A stretch of DNA of 64,000 nt, taken from positions 49,941 through 113,940 of the forward strand of contig JAUIER010000009.1 of NCBI GenBank assembly GCA_030429765.1, read 5' to 3'. Positions 1-9,111 of the stretch are shown one piece after another. Each line of letters opens with the position of its first letter. The stretch's first letter is position 1. A program made the translations under genes and the position numbers. This DNA comes from a bacterium. GTDB taxonomy: Bacteria; Omnitrophota; Gorgyraeia; Zapsychrales; Zapsychraceae. The notes below the pieces were generated by a model. The model made no database searches and was not told the DNA's origin. It was given only the letters and a program-made list of their open reading frames with translations.

Positions 1-1590
1 GCGCTGGTCGACGAGGAAATGCAGGAAGTCGAAACGACATTATCAGAATCCGCGAAAAAAGAAGAAGAATTTAACTTCGAGCTTGATTCAATTAACAAGG
101 AAATTGAATGGTGTCAGAAGGACATCAAGGAGAAACAGCACGCGATTAATGAAAAAGGAACGCAGCGTGAAGAATTAGCGGTTTCGATCGCGCAGATGGA
201 AACGGAAATTCAGCTTGAAGAGCAAAAGATTCATGATCAGCAGCAGAACCTGCACATGTTCAGCGAGGCGCTCGATAGCTGGCTGGAAGAGATGCAGCGG
301 ATTGATGAAGAATTGTCCACGCAGGACGACCGGACGGGTGAATATTCGCGTGAGATTGAGGAGCTAACGCAGAAAGTCGCAGCCGACCGGGAAGAAAAAG
401 AATCGATTCAAGCTGTTTCGGTGGATATCAAAAATCAAAAGGAAGAGCTGGCGCAGAAAATCGGCAGCATGCGAACCAATCTAACCGGTATCGAGGACGA
501 GGTCGATACCATTAAGCGGCAGATCCATGAACAGGAAATGGCCGGTCAGGAGCTGCAGTTCAGCACCAAGGGAATCAAGGATCGTCTGGAGCAATCCTAC
601 AAGATTGATTACGATCAATTGATGGAGCGGCTCGAGCAAGTCCGGCAGGAACAAAAGGCCCTGGCCGAATCTGACAATCCGATCGAACAGTTGATTGATT
701 CCATGATGGCGACTGATAGGCCGGTTGTTGAACCGGCAACGCCAGCTGAGGCAACACCGTCGGCTGAGGCATCGTCGTCGGAAGAGACAAACGAAGAATC
801 GGAAGAAGATCAAGAGTCGACGCAGGCGACCAAGCCGCGTGTCGATATCATTGCCGAGACCGTGAATTATTTGATGGAGGCCGACGAAGAGCCGTTTGAC
901 CCGCAGGAGGCGGAGACGGAATTGTTGCGCTTGAGAAAGCGATGCGATTCATTCGGTAATGTCAATCTTGACGCGATGGATGAGTATGAAGAGCTTAAAG
1001 ATCGATTTGAATTTCTCACACAGCAGCAGTCCGACTTGCTTGAGGCCAAATCACAATTGTTAAGCACGATCAGTAAGATTAATCGTTCGACCCGCCAGAT
1101 GTTTATGGACACGTTCGCCAAGGTGAGCGAGGAATTCCGGATTCACTTTAGAATGCTGTTCGGCGGTGGGGAAGCTCAGCTGATCCTGCTCGACCAGGAA
1201 AATGTCCTTGAGTCCGGAATTGATATCATTGCCCGGCCGCCGGGAAAGAAATTGCAGAATATCAGTTTGCTGTCCGGGGGGGAAAAGACCTTAACCGCGA
1301 TCGCATTGATCTTCGGGGTGTTTAAGGTTAATCCATCGCCATTCTGTGTTCTCGACGAGATCGATGCCGCCCTGGACGAATCCAATGTGGGACGTTTCGC
1401 TTATCTGCTGCAGGAGTTCACCAAGATCGCGCAATTTATCGTCATCACTCACAACAAGAAAACGATCTCCAGCGCCGATGTCATGTATGGGATTACCATG
1501 CCGGAAACGGGTGTGTCGCGGATTGTGTCGGTGAAGTTTGCGGATGACGAGAAAAATAAAAAGGCGGATGAAGTACCCGCCGCTGTCTAG
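1..1590 (+). CDS. smc: Chromosome segregation protein SMC, C-terminal part (5' truncated by window edge)
   Basis: The frame is open from nt 1. It has a long coiled coil, the ABC signature LSGGEKTLTAIALIF, and the Walker B/D-loop VLDEIDAALDE. Confidence 0.9.
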   Translation, partial: ALVDEEMQEVETTLSESAKKEEEFNFELDSINKEIEWCQKDIKEKQHAINEKGTQREELAVSIAQMETEIQLEEQKIHDQQQNLHMFSEALDSWLEEMQRIDEELSTQDDRTGEYSREIEELTQKVAADREEKESIQAVSVDIKNQKEELAQKIGSMRTNLTGIEDEVDTIKRQIHEQEMAGQELQFSTKGIKDRLEQSYKIDYDQLMERLEQVRQEQKALAESDNPIEQLIDSMMATDRPVVEPATPAEATPSAEASSSEETNEESEEDQESTQATKPRVDIIAETVNYLMEADEEPFDPQEAETELLRLRKRCDSFGNVNLDAMDEYEELKDRFEFLTQQQSDLLEAKSQLLSTISKINRSTRQMFMDTFAKVSEEFRIHFRMLFGGGEAQLILLDQENVLESGIDIIARPPGKKLQNISLLSGGEKTLTAIALIFGVFKVNPSPFCVLDEIDAALDESNVGRFAYLLQEFTKIAQFIVITHNKKTISSADVMYGITMPETGVSRIVSVKFADDEKNKKADEVPAAV

Positions 1591-2771
1591 CGAGAATCAG
1601 AATGCAGGCAGGTCCGGTTTTTACCGGAAAATTTAGCCACATACATTGCGCGGTCGGCGGATTCAATCAGTTCAGATTTACTCTGTGCGTCCTCGGGAAA
1701 ACCGGCAATCCCGATACTTACTGTCACGGAATGATTGTCCGGCAGATCTTTCACCCGGCATGATGCGACATTTTCGCGGATCCGCTCCGCGATCGTAAAC
1801 GCGTCATCCTTGTCGGTGTTGGTCAGTATCACCACAAACTCCTCACCTCCGTACCGGCAGATGTAATCCATCTCACGCGCCGAATGCTTCAGAATGTCGG
1901 CGATCTTGATCAGTGTCTGATCTCCGGTCTGGTGACCAAACTCATCATTTAATTTCTTAAAGTTGTCCAAATCCAGCATCAGCAGACAAAGCGGCTGATC
2001 ATTTTCTGTAGCCTTTTCGATTTCCGTGGACAATTGATCCTGAAAAAAACCATGATTGTAGACATCCGTCAGTGAGTCCGTATAGCTTTTGTGTTTGATC
2101 TTTTCGTAGAGCTGTGAGTTCTCAATGGCCAGGCCGGCCTGGTTGGCCAGCATGGTGAACATCCGCAATGATTCGTCGGTGATGGGATCTTTGGTGAAGC
2201 GGTTGTCGGCGACGATAATGCCTTTGACGCGGTCGCGGGCCTTAAGCGGCATCACCACCAGCTCATCGGTCTTGAATTTCTCGAGCAGCGGGTCTTTGAG
2301 GTAGGCCTTGATCACGGACTCGTCCAGATGTTTGGGTTCGCCGCTGTGGTAGACATCCGCTAACAGATTCCGCTTGTCGGTGACCAGAGGGATTTTCAGA
2401 TCGCTGATCTGTTTGAACAGGGTGGAGGGTTGGCGGTTTTGTGTACTGATATTTTCTTCAATGAGATCGTCCAGCAGGTGATTTTGGTTTTCAATGTACT
2501 GCCAGATTTCCTGGGCATGTTTGAGAGAGTCCGGTCCAATCGCCATCTCCGGGATCAGGTTACGCTTGTGCGGATCCACCAGAAAGAGGATGGCGCGGTT
2601 AAATCCTAGTCCATAGTGAGCGGTTACACTCGTGAGGATGATATAGAGGATCGATTGCAGTTCCAGCGTGGAGCGCATCGCAATGCTGATATCATACAGC
2701 ATCTGCAGATCGCGCTGGGCCCGATCTAGTTGGTTTTTGAGGGACTTGTCGTCCGGTTTGGTGTTCGACAT
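1587..2771 (-). CDS. GAF-domain diguanylate cyclase (GGDEF)
   Basis: The C-terminal RYGGEEF motif follows a FGHQTGD I-site-like stretch, and the N-terminus is GAF-like. It is convergent with smc and overlaps its stop by 4 nt. Confidence 0.85.
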   Translation of the reverse strand: MSNTKPDDKSLKNQLDRAQRDLQMLYDISIAMRSTLELQSILYIILTSVTAHYGLGFNRAILFLVDPHKRNLIPEMAIGPDSLKHAQEIWQYIENQNHLLDDLIEENISTQNRQPSTLFKQISDLKIPLVTDKRNLLADVYHSGEPKHLDESVIKAYLKDPLLEKFKTDELVVMPLKARDRVKGIIVADNRFTKDPITDESLRMFTMLANQAGLAIENSQLYEKIKHKSYTDSLTDVYNHGFFQDQLSTEIEKATENDQPLCLLMLDLDNFKKLNDEFGHQTGDQTLIKIADILKHSAREMDYICRYGGEEFVVILTNTDKDDAFTIAERIRENVASCRVKDLPDNHSVTVSIGIAGFPEDAQSKSELIESADRAMYVAKFSGKNRTCLHSDSR

Positions 2772-2954
2772 GATCGTAAATATTTTATAGTCCTGGGCAA
2801 TAAATTCCCATGACTTTTTGTCCGTTGTTTCGTTGCCAAAGATACCATTGTATCGGGATTATGTCAACATTACGTGTATATCATTCTAATCGACTAGATT
2901 TCTAAGTTATTGCATATCAATGAATTACAAGTTAATATTCAAGAAAGCGCTTCC

Positions 2955-2983
2955 TTGACACCCCCAGACCGGTGTGGTATACT
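2955..2983 (+). promoter_or_regulatory. Near-consensus sigma70 promoter (TTGACA-17nt-TATACT) upstream of the cvpA-like gene
   Basis: TTGACA at 2955-2960, a 17-nt spacer, then TATACT at 2978-2983. It lies about 40 nt upstream of the 3023 start in a divergent intergenic region. Confidence 0.5.
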
Positions 2984-3022
2984 TTAGCACTTGTGCGGTA
3001 AATACCTATATATTAATATTAT

Positions 3023-3610
3023 ATGACTTTTAATTGGGTAGACATAGTCATGATCGCCATCCTCCTGACCGGAATTTACACAGGCCGGCGAAACGATTTT
3101 GTCTCGGAAGTCTATCATCTTATAGCTATCTTATTCGCCACATTCATAACATTGCATTATTTCATAGGTTTTGGTTTCTATGTTGCCAAGACTTTTTTTG
3201 TACCGCATGGTGTGCAGGAAGCTGTCGCTTTCTATATGCTGGCGGGATTGATACTGGGATTCTTCTTGGTCGCGCATGGCGGCTGGAAGAGGCTGCTGAA
3301 AATCAAAAGTCCGGACTTTTTAGATCAGTACGGGTCATTAGTGCTGTCTATTTTCCGGAGTTTTTTATATTGCGGGCTGCTGTTTCTGGCATTATGCATC
3401 CTCCGGGATCCGACAATATCCAGAGACACACGCAATTCGTGGTCCAGTCCGGTATTCAAGCAGGTTTCGATTGCGACGTACGGTTTTATTTATCAAGGCA
3501 TTGTGCATCCGGTCTTTCGGGCGGAAAAGTTTAATGACCGCGTTTATCATATTCTTGTTCAGCCCAAGAAGAAGCAGGACACAGATGAGGATGAATCGGA
3601 GGCCAAATAA
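3023..3610 (+). CDS. CvpA family membrane protein (colicin V production protein-like)
   Basis: It has four hydrophobic helices and a CvpA-like N-terminus (MTFNWVDIVMIAILL...). Confidence 0.55.
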   Translation: MTFNWVDIVMIAILLTGIYTGRRNDFVSEVYHLIAILFATFITLHYFIGFGFYVAKTFFVPHGVQEAVAFYMLAGLILGFFLVAHGGWKRLLKIKSPDFLDQYGSLVLSIFRSFLYCGLLFLALCILRDPTISRDTRNSWSSPVFKQVSIATYGFIYQGIVHPVFRAEKFNDRVYHILVQPKKKQDTDEDESEAK

Positions 3611-3646
3611 AACAGCAACCCTGTATGTTACATAAACGAGGTCCAA

Positions 3647-4600
3647 TTGAAACTCAAAGATATTTACGCGTTATTTGTGAAGGAAGGGATACGGCTTGAT
3701 CCGCGGTCGACAGCCCAGGTTGAGCAGTACCTGAAGGATCAGAAAAAGTCGTATCGCGCCTTAAGCGCGAAAGACAAGAAGTTCTTTGATAGTGAAACAA
3801 TGACCAATCCATACTCGGACACACGTATTTTACATGGTGATCCGAATCGGGAGATCCGGCGCATTCTCGTCGGGATTGATATCGAGCCTGGAGAAATTGC
3901 CATCGCCGATCAGTTGTCGTTGCGGGGTGATGAGATCGATCTGCTGCTCGCGCATCATCCGGAGGGCGTGGCGCTGGCCGGACTGCATGAAGTGATGCAT
4001 ATGCAGACAGATTTTCTTAAGAATGCGGGGATCAAGGATTCAATCGCTGAAAAGCTGATGAAATCCAGGATCGATCAGGTGTCGCGGCGCTTGCACAGCG
4101 CGAACCACACTCGCAGTGTGGATGCCGCCCGATTGCTAGATATCCCGATGATGTGCTGTCATACGCCCGCGGATAATCACGTGAGTACTTATCTGCAGAA
4201 GTTGATGAACGCGAAGAAGCCGCGCACGCTTAAGCATATTGTGGATTTGCTGATGAAAGAACCCGAGTACCGGGACGCTGTTCTGAACAAAGCCGGTCCG
4301 GAGATTCTGGTCGGAAAAGCGAAGGATTTGGCCGGCAAAGTTTACGTGGATATGACCGGCGGGACAGAAGGATCGGATAAGATTTTCGCACGGATGTCAC
4401 AATTGGGAATCGATACACTTTTGGGAATGCATTACTCAGAGGCTCATTACAAAAATATCAAGGCCGAAGGCATTAACGTGGTCAATGCCGGACACATGGC
4501 CAGTGATAATCTCGGAATGAACCTGCTGTTGGATAAATTGACGCGAAAAGCGGATGTTGAAATCGTCGAATGCTCAGGCTTCAAGAGGTTTGAACGTTAA
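3647..4600 (+). CDS. NIF3/YqfO family metal-binding protein (GTP cyclohydrolase 1 type 2 homolog)
   Basis: It carries the DLLLAHHPEG motif and a C-terminal GMHYSEAHY motif. Its position directly upstream of dnaG-rpoD matches Bacillus yqfO synteny. Confidence 0.55.
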   Translation: MKLKDIYALFVKEGIRLDPRSTAQVEQYLKDQKKSYRALSAKDKKFFDSETMTNPYSDTRILHGDPNREIRRILVGIDIEPGEIAIADQLSLRGDEIDLLLAHHPEGVALAGLHEVMHMQTDFLKNAGIKDSIAEKLMKSRIDQVSRRLHSANHTRSVDAARLLDIPMMCCHTPADNHVSTYLQKLMNAKKPRTLKHIVDLLMKEPEYRDAVLNKAGPEILVGKAKDLAGKVYVDMTGGTEGSDKIFARMSQLGIDTLLGMHYSEAHYKNIKAEGINVVNAGHMASDNLGMNLLLDKLTRKADVEIVECSGFKRFER

Positions 4601-6369
4601 TGCCGTTAATCCCTGAAGAAATTATCTCTCAGATCATTGATCAGACGGATATTGTCGACACCATTTCAGGTTACGTTACGCTCAAGAAGGCCGGACGTAA
4701 CTTTAAGGGGTTGTCTCCGTTTAATCATGAGAAGACACCGTCATTTGTTGTCAGTCCGGATAAGCAGATATTTCACTGCTACAGCAGCGGTATCGGCGGC
4801 AATGTAATTTCGTTTATCATGAAGGTCGAACGTCTGACCTTTCCGGAAGCCGCGCGGTTCCTGGCCAAACGGATTAACATCGAAATCCCGGAGAACACCG
4901 GCGGCTCGCCGTATCAACGGGGACAGCGTGAAGAAATTTTCGATGTGAACGCGCTGGCCATGAAATATTTTACCGACATATTGGTGTCGGGTGCTGACCG
5001 AGAATGCGCAGTCAGTCGGGATTATCTCAAATCGCGGGGGATTACGCTGGAGACGGTCAAAACGTTTCAGCTAGGGCTTTCCCGCAATGAATGGGACGGT
5101 CTCATCCGATTTTTGAAATCGAAAAATGTCCCGTTGCGTACGATGGAAAAGGCCGGATTAATCGTCGCTCGTGACAACAAGGAAGGTTATTACGACCGCT
5201 TTCGTAACCGGATTATGTTTCCGATTCAGGACACCCAAGGCCGGGTTCGGGCGTTCGGAGCGCGCAGTCTCGACGACGGCGGAGCTAAGTATATCAATTC
5301 TCCCGAGACAGCGGTTTATACCAAGGGAGAACACCTGTACGGATTGCACTTGGCCAAGCAGGCGGTGATCCAGAAAGATTTTGTCGTTATCGTTGAGGGG
5401 TACATGGATTGCATTATGCCTCAGCAGGCGGGTTTCATGAACATTGTCGCGTCACTTGGAACCGCGCTGACGACGCAGCAAATAAGAAATATCCGACGAT
5501 TTACTCCGAATGTCGTTATGCTTTACGATAACGATAAGGCTGGAGAGGCCGCCATGATGCGCAGTTTTGATGTGCTGATTGAAGAAGGTATCAGCGTCAA
5601 GGTGGCGAGCCTGGAAGCTGGTGAGGACCCGGATTCATACATCAGGAAGCACGGGATCGCCCGCTTTGAAGGACAAATAGAACGGTCCAGAGATTTGTTT
5701 GAGTACAAGCTTGATCGATTGTGTGAGCGTTATGATCCGCGATCGGTAAGCGGTCAAGCCAAGATCTGTGATGATATTTTGCCGACGATTAATCGTTTTC
5801 CGCATGCGGTGATGCAGGCGGGCTATGTTAATCGATTGGCGGCCAAGCTCGGCGTGTCCGAGCGGGCATTGAACGTTGAACTTCAAAAGGTACGTGAAGG
5901 CATGCGCCAACCGGCACGAGAGGCGGTCGTCGAGACCAAGCCGAAGATAAGCATTTCACGTCCTGTTGAAAGCAGCTTATTGAAATTATTGCTTGAAGAG
6001 AAAGATTATATCCAGCCGACGAAGCAGGAAATCGCGCTGGATGATTTTCAGGATAAAACCATCCGTTGTGTCGTGTCCAAGCTTTTTGAGCTTGTCGACC
6101 AAGGGGTGGAATTTGGTACCACAGATTTACTCAGCAGTTTTGACGATCAGGATGCCGTGCAGCTCATATCCCGGTTGTCGACGGACGATCAACTTATCGC
6201 CGGAGATAAACAAAAAATCCATCAGGATTGTCTGAGCCGGATCAAAAAGGATCGACTGAAGAATCAACGTAAGGAATTGCTGGAACAGATTAAATCGGCC
6301 GAGCAAGCCGGTGATCAAACTCGACTGGAAGAATTGCGGCAGCAGTTTTTACAGTCCACCAAAAATTGA
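4600..6369 (+). CDS. dnaG: DNA primase DnaG
   Basis: The N-terminus is zinc-finger-like (EKTPSF) but has lost Cys ligands. The TOPRIM motifs VIVEGYMD and MLYDNDKAGE are intact. Confidence 0.9.
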   Translation: MPLIPEEIISQIIDQTDIVDTISGYVTLKKAGRNFKGLSPFNHEKTPSFVVSPDKQIFHCYSSGIGGNVISFIMKVERLTFPEAARFLAKRINIEIPENTGGSPYQRGQREEIFDVNALAMKYFTDILVSGADRECAVSRDYLKSRGITLETVKTFQLGLSRNEWDGLIRFLKSKNVPLRTMEKAGLIVARDNKEGYYDRFRNRIMFPIQDTQGRVRAFGARSLDDGGAKYINSPETAVYTKGEHLYGLHLAKQAVIQKDFVVIVEGYMDCIMPQQAGFMNIVASLGTALTTQQIRNIRRFTPNVVMLYDNDKAGEAAMMRSFDVLIEEGISVKVASLEAGEDPDSYIRKHGIARFEGQIERSRDLFEYKLDRLCERYDPRSVSGQAKICDDILPTINRFPHAVMQAGYVNRLAAKLGVSERALNVELQKVREGMRQPAREAVVETKPKISISRPVESSLLKLLLEEKDYIQPTKQEIALDDFQDKTIRCVVSKLFELVDQGVEFGTTDLLSSFDDQDAVQLISRLSTDDQLIAGDKQKIHQDCLSRIKKDRLKNQRKELLEQIKSAEQAGDQTRLEELRQQFLQSTKN

Positions 6370-6390
6370 GTTCGGGGAGAAGAGAAGAAC

Positions 6391-7986
6391 ATGAAAAAGC
6401 AGAAAGCGAAAGACGATATCCAAGCCGATATCGAAAAATTGGTGGCTTTAGGCAAGAAAAAAGGATTCTTGACCTACGACGAAGTCAACAATGCTTTATC
6501 TGAAACAGTGGAATCATCGGAAGAAATTGATAAAGTTTTCGATATCTTGGACGGAAAAGATATAAAGATCATTGAGTCCGACGAAGGGGAAGAGGAGTCC
6601 AAAAAGGAAGATTTGGATAAAGAATCCCGTGAGCAGGAAGTGCGTCGCGTCCGTGAAGAAAGCAAGGAAGACGAAGTCTATTCAGACAAGTTTATTCCTC
6701 TGGATGATCCGGTGAAGATGTATCTCAAACAGATGGGCTCTATCCCTCTGTTATCTCGCGAAAACGAGATTAATTTGGCCAAGCGGATCGAAGAGGCGGA
6801 ACATAAATTTGCCGAAGCGCTGTATAAGACGGCATACGCCCGGAAGCGCGCGCTGGAAACGATCAAGAATGTGCTTAATGAAGAGATCAACGTGGAAGAC
6901 GTTATCAAGGATGAACTTGATCGTCGACCTAAATTGATCCGCGACCTCAAGCGGATTCGCGCGAGTGTTACACGAACGCGGGTTGGATCGGATAAATCTG
7001 CCGCGTTATTGGCTGAGTTTAAGTTGACCGCCGCGTACAATGAAAAGGTTATGGCTGAGATCATTGATCTGGTTTCAAAGATTGAAAGGATAGAGCGGAA
7101 GCTGAACAGTAAACGCAAGATACCCGGTGTGACGCAAATGCGGAAAGATAAGTCAGCCCTCCTCAAAGAGCTGGCCCAGCCGGTCAAAAAGGTCAAGGAG
7201 CAGCTTCGGGTTATCAAGATCCGAGAATCCAAGTTCAACAAGGCCAAAAAGCTTCTTGTTGAGGCCAATCTCCGTTTGGTGGTTAGTATCGCCAAAAAAT
7301 ACATCAACCGTGGATTGTCGTTTCTGGATCTGATCCAGGAAGGCAATATGGGATTGATCCGGGCCGTAGAGAAGTTCGAATACAAACGTGGGTATAAATT
7401 TTCGACCTACGCCACATGGTGGATCCGACAGGCTATCACCCGGTCTATTGCTGACCAGGCCCGTACAATCCGCATCCCGGTTCACATGACCGAGACGATC
7501 AATAAAATTATCCGTGTGTCACGTCTGTTCGTGCAGGAATACGGGCGCGAACCAACGGCGCAGGAAATTGCCAAGCAGATGCGAATTCCGATCGGCAAAG
7601 TGAAGGAAATCCTCAAGATTTCTCAGGTGCCGATCTCACTGCAAACGCCGATTGGAGACGAAGGGGATACACACTTTGGTGATTTCATCGAGGACAAAAA
7701 GGCGGTATCGCCGGCCAACGCCACACTGCAGTCGATGCTGAAGGATGAGATCACATCTGTCCTTAACACACTGGATGAGCGTGAGCGTAAGATCCTGGAA
7801 TTGCGTTTCGGGATTCATGATGGAACAACGCGAACCCTCGAGGAAGTGGGGAGCGAGTTTAACGTCACCCGTGAGCGGGTTCGGCAGATCGAATCCAAGG
7901 CGTTGCGTAAACTTCGTCATCCAACCCGTTCCAGACGGGTCAAACAGTTCCTGGATATGGCGTCCAAAGAAGACGCGATTATCTAA
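6391..7986 (+). CDS. rpoD: RNA polymerase primary sigma factor RpoD (sigma-70)
   Basis: Region 2 reads [19 protein letters not shown] and [13 protein letters not shown]. Regions 3 and 4 are present, as is an acidic region 1. Confidence 0.95.
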   Translation: MKKQKAKDDIQADIEKLVALGKKKGFLTYDEVNNALSETVESSEEIDKVFDILDGKDIKIIESDEGEEESKKEDLDKESREQEVRRVREESKEDEVYSDKFIPLDDPVKMYLKQMGSIPLLSRENEINLAKRIEEAEHKFAEALYKTAYARKRALETIKNVLNEEINVEDVIKDELDRRPKLIRDLKRIRASVTRTRVGSDKSAALLAEFKLTAAYNEKVMAEIIDLVSKIERIERKLNSKRKIPGVTQMRKDKSALLKELAQPVKKVKEQLRVIKIRESKFNKAKKLLVEANLRLVVSIAKKYINRGLSFLDLIQEGNMGLIRAVEKFEYKRGYKFSTYATWWIRQAITRSIADQARTIRIPVHMTETINKIIRVSRLFVQEYGREPTAQEIAKQMRIPIGKVKEILKISQVPISLQTPIGDEGDTHFGDFIEDKKAVSPANATLQSMLKDEITSVLNTLDERERKILELRFGIHDGTTRTLEEVGSEFNVTRERVRQIESKALRKLRHPTRSRRVKQFLDMASKEDAII

Positions 7987-8066
7987 ATTTGCTCCGATAG
8001 GTCTGCTTATGGTATCCTTTAAGCAGGCCTATCGATTTGATAAACATCATCATAAAGGAGACTCCG

Positions 8067-8897
8067 ATGGCTTTCAAATGTCTCAAGCGAACAAGCATGC
8101 TGGTCATGGTCTTGATGTGTGCGGCCTTTTCACCGGCGACGGCAGAAGAGCAGGTGTTCAGTGAGCAAACCGTCCTGATATGCAACAAGATCATCGAGAA
8201 TGTCCATAGCGAGATACAGAACCAGAAGGACGAGTTTGAAGACCTCAAGCTGTATACGGATCTTGCCTTGAAAACCAATCAATGGGGTTTCCGCTACATC
8301 AAATATCAATTCATTGATACCTTCCGGAGTCGAGAGAAAGACAAACTTGATTTTTTGATTGAGTTTGTTCCGATCGATGCCGATAAAGAGTACACCTTCG
8401 AGGGAGATCACTTTGAGTACGATTTTCCATTGTTGAAGATCAAGCTCATTGCCTACCAAAACCGCAGCAACAAGAGTAAGCAGGTCAAGGTATTGCCTTT
8501 CGTCAAAGAGCATGCCCGTCCGATTCATGACTACCAATCGCAATTTTTACCGGTCAAGTTTTCGCTCAGTACCGAAAAAGAATCGTACCAGGTGGGGCAG
8601 ACGATCACATTGATTGTCGAGATGGAAAATCTTACCAGTACAAATCTCAAACTCCGTGATTTATCCAGTAAGTCAGTGGCGTTTACCTTTGACCGAGGCG
8701 TTTGGGAAAATGATTTGGGATTGGCTGATCCCAAAACAGGCAATGAAATTTTACGGCCGCATCGAACGCTCAAGCGTAAATTTCGATTGAGAGGCGTGGA
8801 CAAGCCGCAAACCCTTGCGGTGCATGCCGTGTATCTGATGCCCTTCAAAAATGCCAGACCAACACACACGCGCTACATCAAGATTACCGAAGAATAG
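8067..8897 (+). CDS. Secreted hypothetical protein
   Basis: The signal peptide is MAFKCLKRTSMLVMVLMCAAFSPATA. An AAAGGAG RBS sits 6 nt upstream of ATG 8067. The track ORF starts at 8037. Confidence 0.5.
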   Translation: MAFKCLKRTSMLVMVLMCAAFSPATAEEQVFSEQTVLICNKIIENVHSEIQNQKDEFEDLKLYTDLALKTNQWGFRYIKYQFIDTFRSREKDKLDFLIEFVPIDADKEYTFEGDHFEYDFPLLKIKLIAYQNRSNKSKQVKVLPFVKEHARPIHDYQSQFLPVKFSLSTEKESYQVGQTITLIVEMENLTSTNLKLRDLSSKSVAFTFDRGVWENDLGLADPKTGNEILRPHRTLKRKFRLRGVDKPQTLAVHAVYLMPFKNARPTHTRYIKITEE

Positions 8898-9111
8898 GGC
8901 TCCGACTTGGACTCATTTGTCCTGAACGTGGTTTTTTCAAATGATCAGCCGCGGTGAAATTCTGTAAACTATTCCATATCAAATATTTACCAAATGTAAA
9001 TTTTGGGTGACATACCCAAAAAAGATGGAGATTCGTGCTTCATTCAGATATAATTATAGGGTAAGTACAATTCCCCAATTGCCTTTCTTTAGTTTTGATT
9101 CCAATTAAATT

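Noticed and set aside
3034-3534. 166-aa alternative-frame ORF inside the cvpA-like gene
   Set aside because: It overlaps the membrane-protein frame on the same strand and is Arg/Cys-rich. It is a typical GC-skew artefact.
6678-7385. 235-aa minus-strand ORF
   Set aside because: It lies entirely antisense to rpoD, and its Ser/Arg-rich composition is typical of a spurious antisense frame.
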